A model generated the notes under the pieces. The model worked only from the letters and a program-made list of their open reading frames with translations, had not been told where the DNA came from and did not search any database. A stretch of DNA of 64,000 nucleotides, from contig JAFTSK010000155.1 of assembly GCA_017467385.1 (NCBI GenBank), positions 705 through 64,704 on the forward strand, given 5' to 3'. The DNA comes from Bacteroidaceae bacterium. Its GTDB lineage: Bacteria; Bacteroidota; Bacteroidia; Bacteroidales; Bacteroidaceae. Every line of letters begins with the position of its first letter. The first letter of the stretch is position 1. Shown piece by piece: positions 49,047-58,530 of this stretch. Position numbers and translations under genes: made by a program.

Positions 49047-50708
49047 ATGAAAAAACATTTGATTTTAGCTTTTTCTGCTATGGTCTTATCAGCTTCATTT
49101 GTGAGTTGTGATGATTTCCTTGAAACAAGCTCATCAACTGATGTTACTGATAATATAGCATTATCCAATACAAACAACCTGGATAAAATTCTTCTTGGCC
49201 CGTATCATTATTTGTTTATGGGCGGTAATGTGAACTCATCCGACCGCGTATTGTGTGGTTTGACCGGTATGTTGTCTTACTATGATATGGCTGGTGTAGA
49301 TATCATGTCTCATAGTGGTATGGGTGGTAGTGAATATACTGGCTATACTTTTGCGGATACAAGAACTCAAGCCAGTGATGGAAGTACAAAGGCTATTTGG
49401 ACACAATTCTATGACCATATTAACCGTTGTAACATCATTCTTGATGCACTTGAAACTGCTTCTGGTCCAGATTCTGATAAACAAATTATTAGTGGTCAGG
49501 CTAAAGCTATCAGAGCTATTTCTTATTTTCAGTTGATTCTGAATTATCAGCAAACATACGCTATCGCTAAGGACAAACGTGGTGTTATCCTTCGTTTGTC
49601 GGCAAATGATCCGGATGCAATGCCGTTCTCTACAGTAGAACAGGTATATACACAGATCTTGAAAGATTTGAAAGAAGCTGCAACTGAATTGCAGTCGTAT
49701 GAACCGGGTAATGCTTGGCGTATCACTACGGAAGTCGTAAACGCTTGGTTGGCTCGTGTTTATCAAGTAATGGGTAACTGGACTGAAGCCTTTAATTGTG
49801 CAAAGGCTGTTTATTCAAATCACTCTACTTTGCTGACAAAGGAACAGTGGTGTAGTGGTTTCGATGATTTCATCCAAAACGGTTACAACGAGTTGGTATG
49901 GGGGTATCAAAATACAGATGATACCAACGTATCATACAATGCTCCTCACAACATGTGGTTCAATGGTGATCCATCAGTAGGTGAAGGTACTACCGGTTAT
50001 ATCTATACTTTCAAGACTTTGTTCGTTTCTAATCAATGGTTAGCATTGTTTGGTGATGATGATACAGACTATCGTGCTTCTCGTTTGGAAACAACACCGG
50101 AAGACGTTGAAGCTGATCCAAGCAAACAAGTTACTGACGAACAAGTGAAACAAGTGATGTTGTGGCATCGTACTACCAATGCAGAACCGGAACTTTCTCA
50201 CAAATGGACTTACAACAAATTCAAACATTATGGTATAGATGGTAAAACCCGCCCGGATATTTGCTTGATTCGTAGCTCTGAAATGTTGTTGATCATGGCT
50301 GAAGCTAAGGCTAATATGTCTGGTGGTGAATCAGAAGCTCTTGGTTATTTGACCACTTTGCAGAACGCACGTAACGTGAAGAATCCTACCACAACTACTG
50401 CTAAGGCTGACTTGCTGGAAGCTATCTATGTAGAACGTCGTAAGGAATTGTTGGGTGAAGGTGTAACCGGTATGTACGACTTGAACCGTTTGCAGAAGGA
50501 TGCTACTCGTGAAGTTTCTACACAGGAAAATAACTTCTCAGGCCACTTCTCTGCAGGTTTGGTACATTGGGGAACTAAAGCGGCTGATGGTAAAACTTCA
50601 ACTTTGAAGTCAAATGATTATCAGTTCTTCTGTCAGATTCCGGAAGATGAATTTGCCAAGAATGATCAAATTTCTCAATCTGAACAAAACCCGATGAAGG
50701 GACAATAA
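49047..50708 (+). CDS. SusD/RagB lipoprotein
   Basis: SCDDFL lipobox; GQAKAIRA; ERRKELLGEG. Confidence 0.95.
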   Translation: MKKHLILAFSAMVLSASFVSCDDFLETSSSTDVTDNIALSNTNNLDKILLGPYHYLFMGGNVNSSDRVLCGLTGMLSYYDMAGVDIMSHSGMGGSEYTGYTFADTRTQASDGSTKAIWTQFYDHINRCNIILDALETASGPDSDKQIISGQAKAIRAISYFQLILNYQQTYAIAKDKRGVILRLSANDPDAMPFSTVEQVYTQILKDLKEAATELQSYEPGNAWRITTEVVNAWLARVYQVMGNWTEAFNCAKAVYSNHSTLLTKEQWCSGFDDFIQNGYNELVWGYQNTDDTNVSYNAPHNMWFNGDPSVGEGTTGYIYTFKTLFVSNQWLALFGDDDTDYRASRLETTPEDVEADPSKQVTDEQVKQVMLWHRTTNAEPELSHKWTYNKFKHYGIDGKTRPDICLIRSSEMLLIMAEAKANMSGGESEALGYLTTLQNARNVKNPTTTTAKADLLEAIYVERRKELLGEGVTGMYDLNRLQKDATREVSTQENNFSGHFSAGLVHWGTKAADGKTSTLKSNDYQFFCQIPEDEFAKNDQISQSEQNPMKGQ

Positions 50709-50769
50709 TTGTCGGAGAGAATTTGTAAGATTGTAATATACATGAGAGAAAAACTCAGATAATGTAGTT

Positions 50770-50803
50770 GCCCGTCATCTGCAAATAATGTTGATGGCGG
50801 GCT
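50770..50803 (+). terminator. Hairpin after SusD (terminator or mRNA stabiliser)
   Basis: gcccgtcatc...gatggcgggc. Confidence 0.5.
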
Positions 50804-50870
50804 TCTTCACTCTTACACTTTTTGCATAAGAATGATTGACTTCTTATAACGTCTAATAAATGAAGTAAAT

Positions 50871-52577
50871 ATGAAAAAAATAGCGAATATTCTTGTCTTG
50901 ATGGCTATTGTCATCTTGACGGCTTGTTCTTCGGCTCCTGAGGCCAAAACGGTTTATGTAAAAGATTACATTACGGAGGAAATGCAAGAAGATGCCTATC
51001 CGGCTATTCGTTTGGCACTGGAGGAATGTTTGAGACACAAGAATAGTACATTGGTTTTCCCTGGTGATACTTTGTATATTAAGGATAAATACTGTTACGA
51101 AAAATATCAGTATATCAGCAATAACACTCAGGGTAAAAAACGTATTGCGATAAATATTGAAAATGCAGAAGGACTTATCATAGACGGAAACGGAACCACT
51201 CTTTTGTTTACCGGCTTTATTTCTCCTTTCAATGTGGAAAAATCGAATAATATAACCATCCGGAATCTTAATATCGACTTTACCCATACATTCAATTCAC
51301 AAGGGGAGATTATGGCAGTGGGCAACGGTTGGATGGAGCTTAAGTTCCCGGAAAACTATAATGTTGATATTCAAAGCGGCCTTCTTCGCATCCGCGATAA
51401 GAATAACATTACTTATCCTTATGGAAGTTTGTTGGAATTCGATAGCCAGAAAAAAGAAGTGGCTCATTACGTACACGATTATTGGTTGTGGAGTTCGTTG
51501 CAGGCCGAAAGTCTTCCTAATGGTAATTTCAAGATTTTCTTGAAAGACATTACGGGTACAGTAGGAAATATCATGGCATTTGGAGCTGCCCGTCGTGCTA
51601 ATCCTGGTTTTACTTTCGATGAATGTAATACCGTACTGATTCAGGATGTGAATCTTTATCACTGCGGAGGCATGGGATTCATCGTACAGCGCGTGAAAGA
51701 CATTGAACTAAATAATGTTCAGGTGGTTCCTACTCCTGGCTCTGAACGTATCATCAGTGCTACAGCCGATGCAACGCATTTCATTAATTGTGGCGGCTAT
51801 CTTCGTATGATAAACTGTAAGTTTACTAACCAGAAAGATGATGCAACCAATATACATGGTTGGTATGCCATTACACGTGAAAAGTTGGCCGATGATAGAA
51901 TCCTTGTATGGTATAACTATGGAAAGGACTTTATTCGTCCGGGTATGAAGATGGAAATCGTGAATCATAAAACCATGATGACTTACGACTATCGTACTGT
52001 CAAGGAAATAAGAAGCATCAATAGTGAATATGCCGAAATTACATTCACAGAAGCACTTCCTGAAAACTTCCAAATTAAAGATCCGATCGCTTGCGATGAC
52101 CAATATCCGAATGTGCTTATCAAAGGTTGTCATTTTGCCAACAACCGCGCACGTGGTCTGTTGATAGGTTCACGTGGGGAAGTGATTATCGAAGACAATT
52201 ATTTCCATGTTCCCGGTGCATCTGTTCTTTTTGAAGGCGATGGAAGTTATTGGTATGAACAATCCGGTGTACGCAACGTGCAAATCCGAAACAATACATT
52301 CGACAACTGTCTGTATGGTTGTAAGACTTGGGGAGATGCCCATATCGCTTATAACAGCCGCATTGCTGACCAAGAAAACAGCCGTTATCATCGTAACATT
52401 GTTGTGGAAAACAATACTTTCCGTACTTTCGATCCTCGGATCCTTTATCTTTGCTGCTTTGATGGCATTACGTTCCGAAATAATAAAATCGAAGAAACCA
52501 CAGATTATGTGTTTGACCGAGAAGAAAAGAGTCCTTTTGTCATTAAGCATTGCGATAATGTGAATATTGAACAATAA
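50871..52577 (+). CDS. GH110-like alpha-galactosidase lipoprotein (paralog of 36280)
   Basis: Lipobox LTAC; ADATHF...QKDDATNIHG; NNRARGLLIGSR. Confidence 0.85.
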   Translation: MKKIANILVLMAIVILTACSSAPEAKTVYVKDYITEEMQEDAYPAIRLALEECLRHKNSTLVFPGDTLYIKDKYCYEKYQYISNNTQGKKRIAINIENAEGLIIDGNGTTLLFTGFISPFNVEKSNNITIRNLNIDFTHTFNSQGEIMAVGNGWMELKFPENYNVDIQSGLLRIRDKNNITYPYGSLLEFDSQKKEVAHYVHDYWLWSSLQAESLPNGNFKIFLKDITGTVGNIMAFGAARRANPGFTFDECNTVLIQDVNLYHCGGMGFIVQRVKDIELNNVQVVPTPGSERIISATADATHFINCGGYLRMINCKFTNQKDDATNIHGWYAITREKLADDRILVWYNYGKDFIRPGMKMEIVNHKTMMTYDYRTVKEIRSINSEYAEITFTEALPENFQIKDPIACDDQYPNVLIKGCHFANNRARGLLIGSRGEVIIEDNYFHVPGASVLFEGDGSYWYEQSGVRNVQIRNNTFDNCLYGCKTWGDAHIAYNSRIADQENSRYHRNIVVENNTFRTFDPRILYLCCFDGITFRNNKIEETTDYVFDREEKSPFVIKHCDNVNIEQ

Positions 52578-52580
52578 ATA

Positions 52581-52619
52581 AAAAGAGGGCGTGTCCAAAT
52601 AATCGGCACGCCCTCTTTT
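52581..52619. terminator. Terminator hairpin
   Basis: aaaagagggcgtg...cacgccctctttt. Confidence 0.85.
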
Positions 52620-52731
52620 GAGATACAATAAAGGACATATCTTTCAAAATATTAGAGAAATTGGATTTGCTGACTTGACTTGCAGAAATGTTTTTTTACG
52701 TGCATATATACTATACATTATGCTTCACACC

Positions 52732-52809
52732 CCCTTCACCCTATTCACCTTGCCTGATTATAGTAAGTGATTCTCCCCATTTTATCGGGACGGTGAAGAG
52801 GGTGAAGGG
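52732..52809. repeat. 18-bp inverted repeat (CTTCACC/GGTGAAG units)
   Basis: cccttcaccctattcacc ... ggtgaagagggtgaaggg (1 mismatch). Confidence 0.75.
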
Positions 52810-52852
52810 TTTGGAGAAGGTGTTGTATGTATAAGAAGGATGCGAAGTCTTT

Positions 52853-53090
52853 TGGACCCTGGCCCCAATTCTCTTTGGAGAAAGACTTAATTCTCTTTGG
52901 AGGAAGGGACGTTTCTCCAAAGAGAATTTTTTTCATTTCTTCAATGAACCGACAGATTAAGAAGTAGGTTGGATTTATCATTTCCCCTCTTGAGAGGGGA
53001 TTAAGGGGTGTGTGAGACACATACAGATGGATGTTTTTTTCACGCTTGATGTACTCTAACACACCCCCTTCCCCCTCTCAAGAGGGGGAA
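52853..53090. repeat. Composite repeat subtype B copy 2 (full length)
   Basis: Direct repeat of 23133-23310 with a complete REP-like doublet. Confidence 0.9.
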
Positions 53091-53123
53091 CTTACATTTC
53101 AAACTTGTTTTTCGGTGATGTCT

Positions 53124-53987
53124 TTATAGTTCGTTATAATTCTGACTGAATGTGTCTCCGTCATTCACATTTCCACTTGTCAACCCTTTTTTAAGCCAAC
53201 GTACCCGTTGGGCTGATGTTCCATGATTGAAAGCGTCGGGAACGGTGTATCCTTGTGCTTGTTTCTGAAGATAATCGTCTCCAATCTTGGAGGCAACATT
53301 GAGCCCTTCTTCGATGTCGCCTTCTTCTAATGAGTGGAACATCTGGTTGTCATGATAAGCCCAAATACCCGCCAAGAAGTCGGCTTGAAGTTCCAGACGA
53401 ACACTCATACGATTGCTCTCTTTTTCACTCATACGGCTCATTTGTTGGTGAGCATTGTCCAATATGCCCAACAGATATTGTACATGGTGTCCTACTTCAT
53501 GGGCAATGACATAAGCGTAGGCAAAGTCTCCATCGGCACCTAATTGTTGTTTCATCTGACTAAAGAAAGACAGGTCGATATACACGCTTTGGTCGGCTGA
53601 ACAATAAAAAGGCCCCGTAGAGGAAGTCGCACCGCCACAACCACTTTGTACACTATTGGTAAACAACACCAAGCGGGGAGGTTGGTAAGTACGTCCCATT
53701 TTCTGAAATTCCTTCGTCCATACATCTTCTGTTCCTGCCAATATCTGCTTGGAGAATTTGGCTAATGCTTCTTCTTCGGCAGTAGGTTCGTAAGTTCCAC
53801 CGCCTTGTTCGGTCAGTACACTCCCTAAATCGGCTTGTGTCAATACACTAAGGGGATTCCCGCCCATCAACCAAACGACGAGGGCTGCCACTACCAGTCC
53901 ACCAATGCCTACACTTGCTTTCTTTCCACCGCCACTACGACGGCGGTCGTCTACATTACTACTTTCTCTTCTTCCTGTTAATCTCAT
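53124..53987 (-). CDS. Neutral zinc metallopeptidase, YpfJ family
   Basis: RESSNVDDRR, GPFYC, YVIAHEVGHHVQ, ELQADFLAG, HGTSAQR. Confidence 0.95.
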   Translation of the reverse strand: MRLTGRRESSNVDDRRRSGGGKKASVGIGGLVVAALVVWLMGGNPLSVLTQADLGSVLTEQGGGTYEPTAEEEALAKFSKQILAGTEDVWTKEFQKMGRTYQPPRLVLFTNSVQSGCGGATSSTGPFYCSADQSVYIDLSFFSQMKQQLGADGDFAYAYVIAHEVGHHVQYLLGILDNAHQQMSRMSEKESNRMSVRLELQADFLAGIWAYHDNQMFHSLEEGDIEEGLNVASKIGDDYLQKQAQGYTVPDAFNHGTSAQRVRWLKKGLTSGNVNDGDTFSQNYNEL

Positions 53988-53999
53988 AGTATATGGTTT

Positions 54000-54590
54000 T
54001 TATTTAAATAGCACCTTGTTCAGCCAACGGTTGATATACACATTGGCAAAAGCACAGCCTATACCGATGGCGGCACCCGCCAGTACGTCACTCGGATAAT
54101 GCACGCCTTGATTGATACGTGCCAAACCTACGCCACAGGCCCATACAGCCGAAGGTGCGATGACATACCACTTGGGATACGTGATGCTCAACGAAGTAGC
54201 CAATGAAAAAGCGGCCGCCGTATGTCCCGAAGGAAAAGAAGGACTGTCTTCTTTGTCAATAGGATGGATGAGCTCCGGATATTTCTCAAACGGTCGTTGG
54301 CGATCGAACGCATATTTGAAAGCATACGTAATGCCTACTGCTTCGATGACACTTGTTCCAATATATACGGCCTCTTTTAATAAAGGTTGGTCTTTCTTGA
54401 TTAACGCATAGATTCCCATTGCCGTTGGAACACCAACGGGTAGGAGCATACCACTATAAGACAATCCTCGGCTGAGGTCGTGCATGTTCCAACGGTTGAC
54501 TTTTTCTACGGTATTGATATCCCAATTTTGTGCATTCAGTTGGCAAACTGCCAATAAGCAGGCCAAGCCCAAGATGATTGCTTTTTTCAT
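54000..54590 (-). CDS. PAP2 family phosphatase
   Basis: K...RP, SFPSGH, RINQGVHYPSDV. Confidence 0.93.
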   Translation of the reverse strand: MKKAIILGLACLLAVCQLNAQNWDINTVEKVNRWNMHDLSRGLSYSGMLLPVGVPTAMGIYALIKKDQPLLKEAVYIGTSVIEAVGITYAFKYAFDRQRPFEKYPELIHPIDKEDSPSFPSGHTAAAFSLATSLSITYPKWYVIAPSAVWACGVGLARINQGVHYPSDVLAGAAIGIGCAFANVYINRWLNKVLFK

Positions 54591-54804
54591 AGACTTTTGC
54601 TTTCCTTTGGGTGCAAAGTTAGAAATATTCTGTTTTCTTAGCTTATTTCGGCATAAAATCTTTGCAAGAGAGGACTTGAATAAAGAATTATTTCCTTATT
54701 CGCTTGTATTTACGGAATATTAAATCTACATTTGCATGGAAAACACACTTATTTCAGTGAAATATTAGTTCAAACAATTTAAATAATTTTAAAATCAATC
54801 ATTT

Positions 54805-55488
54805 ATGTGGTTAAGTAATTCATCTATTGGTAGGAAAGTGGTGATGAGTGTTACCGGTCTCGCCCTTATCCTGTTTTTGACATTTCACATGGCGATGAAT
54901 CTTGTTGCCATCTTCTCTGGAGATGCGTACAACATGATTTGTGAGTTCTTGGGTGCCAACTGGTATGCACTGGTGGCTACTGCCGGACTTGCTGCCTTAG
55001 TAGTGATTCACATTGTGTACGCTTTCTGGTTGACTATGCAGAATCGTGCTGCTCGTGGTAGCGAACGTTATGCAGTAAGTGCTAAGCCGAAAGGCGTGGA
55101 ATGGGCTTCTCAAAACATGTTGGTTTTGGGTATTATCGTAGTGTTGGGCTTGGCTTTGCACTTGTTCAATTTCTGGGCAAAGATGCAGTTGCCGGAAGTA
55201 TTGCACATGTTAGGTATGCACGTTGACACTACTAATGTAGCAAATGGTGTATATCACATTGCAAACACTTTCTCTTGCCCTGTGTATTCTATCCTTTACT
55301 TGGTATGGTTGGTTGCTTTGTGGTTCCACCTTACTCACGGTTTCTGGAGTGCATTGCATACTTTGGGTTGGAACAACAAGATTTGGTTCGAACGTTGGAG
55401 AATGATTGGTAATATCTATTCTACTATCGTAGTTCTTGGCTTTGCCGTTGTTGTATTGTACTACTGGTTGTGCGGCGGTGCATGCTAA
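54805..55488 (+). CDS. sdhC: Succinate dehydrogenase/fumarate reductase cytochrome b subunit
   Basis: SSIGRKVVMSVTG, heme-ligand histidines, multiple TM; TACATTTG box at 54727. Confidence 0.95.
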   Translation: MWLSNSSIGRKVVMSVTGLALILFLTFHMAMNLVAIFSGDAYNMICEFLGANWYALVATAGLAALVVIHIVYAFWLTMQNRAARGSERYAVSAKPKGVEWASQNMLVLGIIVVLGLALHLFNFWAKMQLPEVLHMLGMHVDTTNVANGVYHIANTFSCPVYSILYLVWLVALWFHLTHGFWSALHTLGWNNKIWFERWRMIGNIYSTIVVLGFAVVVLYYWLCGGAC

Positions 55489-55490
55489 TC

Positions 55491-55522
55491 TCATAAATCA
55501 TAAATCTTAAATCATAAAATCA
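55491..55522. repeat. 7-bp tandem repeat (tcataaa), about four units
   Basis: tcataaa tcataaa tcttaaa tcataaa between sdhC and sdhA. Confidence 0.7.
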
Positions 55523-55525
55523 ATT

Positions 55526-57484
55526 ATGGCTACTATAGATTCTAAAATTCCTGAAGGCGCATTAGCCGAAAAATGGACCAATTATAAAGCTCACCAGAAA
55601 TTGGTGAATCCGGCCAACAAGCGTCGTCTTGACATCATCGTTGTTGGTACAGGTTTGGCAGGTGCTTCTGCAGCTGCTTCTTTGGGTGCTTTGGGTTTCA
55701 AAGTATTGAACTTCTGTATCCAAGACTCTCCGCGTCGTGCTCACTCTATCGCTGCACAGGGTGGTATCAACGCTGCTAAGAATTATCAGAACTATGGCGA
55801 CTCTGTTTCTCGTTTGTTCTATGATACTATCAAGGGTGGTGACTACCGCGCACGTGAAGCAAACGTTTACCGTTTGGCCGAAGTGTCTAACGCTATTATC
55901 GACCAGTGTGTAGCTCAGGGTGTTCCTTTTGCTCGTGAATACGGTGGCTTGCTCGATAACCGTTCATTCGGTGGTGCACAGGTATCCCGTACATTCTATG
56001 CTCGCGGTCAGACCGGTCAGCAGTTGTTGTTGGGTGCTTACTCTGCATTGAGCCGCGAAGTTCAACGCGGTAACGTGAAGTTGTACACTCGTCATGAAAT
56101 GCTCGATGTAGTATTGGTAAAGGATAGCGAAGGTGTAGAACGTGCTCGTGGTATCTTGGCTCGTAACTTGGTAACTGGTAAGATTGAACGTTTTGCTGCT
56201 CACGCTGTAGTTATCGGTACAGGTGGTTATGGTAACACTTACTTCTTGTCTACCAATGCAATGGGCTGTAACGGTTCGGCTGCTATGCAGTGCTACCGTA
56301 AGGGTGCTTACTTTGCTAACCCATGTTTCGCACAGATTCACCCGACTTGTATTCCTGTACATGGCGACAAGCAGTCTAAGTTGACTTTGATGTCTGAATC
56401 ATTGCGTAACGACGGTCGTATCTGGGTTCCGAAGAAGATTGAAGATGCTAAGGCTCTCCAGGCAGGAACAAAGAAACCGACAGATATTCCTGATGAAGAC
56501 CGCGACTTCTACTTGGAACGTCGTTATCCTGCATTCGGTAACTTGGTTCCTCGTGACGTGGCTTCTCGTGCTGCTAAGGAACGTTGCGATGCCGGTTTCG
56601 GTGTGAACAATACCGGTTTGGCTGTATTCTTGGACTTCAAGTATGCTATCGAACGTTTGGGCGAAGACGTAGTTCGCGCACGTTACGGTAACTTGTTCGA
56701 TATGTACGAAGAAATTACAGACGAAAATCCATATAAGACTCCGATGATGATCTTCCCGGCTATCCACTATACAATGGGTGGTATTTGGGTAGACTACGAA
56801 TTGATGACTTCTATCAAGGGACTCTTCGCTATCGGTGAAGCTAACTTCTCTGATCATGGTGCAAACCGTTTGGGTGCATCTGCATTGATGCAAGGTTTGG
56901 CTGACGGTTACTTCGTATTGCCTTACACTATCCAGAACTATTTGTCAGACCAGATCCAGGTTCCACGCTTCTCTACCGACTTGCCTGAATTTGAAGCTGC
57001 AGAAAAGGCTTTGAAGGCTCGTATCAACAAGTTGATGAGTATCAAGGGTAACCGTTCTGTTGACTCTATCCACAAGGAACTCGGCCACGTAATGTGGGAC
57101 TTCGTAGGTATGGGACGTACTAAGGAATCTTTGACTACTGCTATCGCTAAGTTGAAAGAAGTACGCAAGACATTCTATAGCGACCTCCGCATCCCGGGTA
57201 GTGCTGACGACTTGAACGTTGAACTTGAAAAGGCTTTGCGTTTGGAAGACTTCATCGGTATCGGTGAATTGATGGCTTACGATGCATTGAACCGCGAAGA
57301 ATCTTGCGGTGGCCACTTCCGCGAAGAACATCAGACTCCGGAAGGCGAAGCTCTCCGTCACGATGACAAGTTCTCATACGTAGCTTGCTGGAAGTACACA
57401 GGCGAAGGTAATGAACCGGAACTCATCAAGGAAGACTTGAACTATCAGTTTACTAAGGTTCAAACTCGTAACTATAAGAATTAA
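55526..57484 (+). CDS. sdhA: Succinate dehydrogenase/fumarate reductase flavoprotein subunit
   Basis: [37 protein letters not shown]. Confidence 0.98.
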   Translation: MATIDSKIPEGALAEKWTNYKAHQKLVNPANKRRLDIIVVGTGLAGASAAASLGALGFKVLNFCIQDSPRRAHSIAAQGGINAAKNYQNYGDSVSRLFYDTIKGGDYRAREANVYRLAEVSNAIIDQCVAQGVPFAREYGGLLDNRSFGGAQVSRTFYARGQTGQQLLLGAYSALSREVQRGNVKLYTRHEMLDVVLVKDSEGVERARGILARNLVTGKIERFAAHAVVIGTGGYGNTYFLSTNAMGCNGSAAMQCYRKGAYFANPCFAQIHPTCIPVHGDKQSKLTLMSESLRNDGRIWVPKKIEDAKALQAGTKKPTDIPDEDRDFYLERRYPAFGNLVPRDVASRAAKERCDAGFGVNNTGLAVFLDFKYAIERLGEDVVRARYGNLFDMYEEITDENPYKTPMMIFPAIHYTMGGIWVDYELMTSIKGLFAIGEANFSDHGANRLGASALMQGLADGYFVLPYTIQNYLSDQIQVPRFSTDLPEFEAAEKALKARINKLMSIKGNRSVDSIHKELGHVMWDFVGMGRTKESLTTAIAKLKEVRKTFYSDLRIPGSADDLNVELEKALRLEDFIGIGELMAYDALNREESCGGHFREEHQTPEGEALRHDDKFSYVACWKYTGEGNEPELIKEDLNYQFTKVQTRNYKN

Positions 57485-57499
57485 AAAAAATAGAATATT

Positions 57500-58255
57500 A
57501 TGGATAAAAATATAAGCTTTACACTGAAAGTTTGGCGTCAGAGAGGTCCGAAGGAAAAAGGTCATTTCCAGACTATCCCTGTGAAAGATATGCCAGGCGA
57601 TACTTCATTCCTCGAAATGTTGGACATCGTGAATGAAGAATTGATTAACAAGGGTGAAGAACCTATCGTATTCGACCACGACTGTCGTGAAGGTATCTGC
57701 GGTATGTGTTCATTGTACATCAATGGTCATCCTCATGGCCCTGCAACAGGTGCTACTACTTGTCAGATTTACATCCGTCGTTTCAATGATGGCGATGTGG
57801 TAACTGTTGAACCCTGGCGTTCGGCCGGTTTCCCGGTTATTCGTGACTTGATGGTGGATCGTGGTGCTTACGACAAGATTATGCAAGCCGGTGGTTATGT
57901 GTCAGTAAACACAGGTGGTATTCCTGATGCAAACGCAATTCCTATTCCTAAGCCAATCGCTGATGAAGCGATGGATGCTGCTGCATGTATCGGTTGTGGT
58001 GCTTGTGCTGCTGCTTGTAAGAACGGTTCGGCTATGTTGTTCGTTTCTGCTAAGGTAAGCCAGTTGGCTTTGTTGCCACAGGGTAAGGTAGAAGCTGCTC
58101 GTCGTGCGAAGGCTATGTTGGCTAAGATGGATGAATTGGGCTTCGGTAACTGTACTAACACTCGCGCTTGCGAAGCTGAATGTCCGAAGTGTATTTCTAT
58201 CAGCAACATTGCTCGTTTGAACCGCGAATTTATTGCTGCTAAGTTGGCTGACTAA
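57500..58255 (+). CDS. sdhB: Succinate dehydrogenase/fumarate reductase Fe-S subunit
   Basis: [32 protein letters not shown]. Confidence 0.98.
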   Translation: MDKNISFTLKVWRQRGPKEKGHFQTIPVKDMPGDTSFLEMLDIVNEELINKGEEPIVFDHDCREGICGMCSLYINGHPHGPATGATTCQIYIRRFNDGDVVTVEPWRSAGFPVIRDLMVDRGAYDKIMQAGGYVSVNTGGIPDANAIPIPKPIADEAMDAAACIGCGACAAACKNGSAMLFVSAKVSQLALLPQGKVEAARRAKAMLAKMDELGFGNCTNTRACEAECPKCISISNIARLNREFIAAKLAD

Positions 58256-58280
58256 TCTTTTAAGATTGTTCTAATAGGAG

Positions 58281-58308
58281 AGAGGGCGTGTTTATCACGC
58301 CCTCTTTT
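58281..58308 (+). terminator. sdhCAB terminator
   Basis: agagggcgtg-tttat-cacgccctct-ttt. Confidence 0.85.
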
Positions 58309-58411
58309 AGTAAATGTAAACTTGATTGTTCTTGCAGAAGTATAGTCTTTGGATGGATAAAGCGTAAATTGTGAAAGACTATTAAAATAAAAGAACTTTT
58401 TGCTTGAAATA

Positions 58412-58442
58412 TTTGCAGTATGCTATACAAATGCTATATTTG
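58412..58442 (+). promoter_or_regulatory. Sigma-A promoter of the candidate sRNA
   Basis: TTTG(58412)-N19-TATATTTG(58435). Confidence 0.75.
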
Positions 58443-58446
58443 CATT

Positions 58447-58512
58447 GTGATTTTTCATAGTATTAGATTTAAGGTTAACAAGGATTGGAGCAAGGCGTTG
58501 CTCCTTTTTTTT
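58447..58512 (+). ncRNA. Candidate trans-acting small RNA (about 65 nt)
   Basis: Consensus promoter, unstructured core ttttcatagtattagatttaaggttaac, terminator ggagcaa-ggcg-ttgctcc-T8; no ORF fits inside. Confidence 0.75.
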
Positions 58513-58530
58513 ATGTCCTTTGAGGAACGT

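Noticed and set aside
55562-58209. Long antisense ORFs over sdhA/sdhB and the Sus genes
   Set aside because: Shadow ORFs caused by strong codon bias in the real genes.
52581-58308. Identical agagggcgtg/cacgccctct stems at 52584 and 58281 as element boundaries
   Set aside because: Both are ordinary terminators with only a 10-bp shared stem and different loops, and they enclose core genes.
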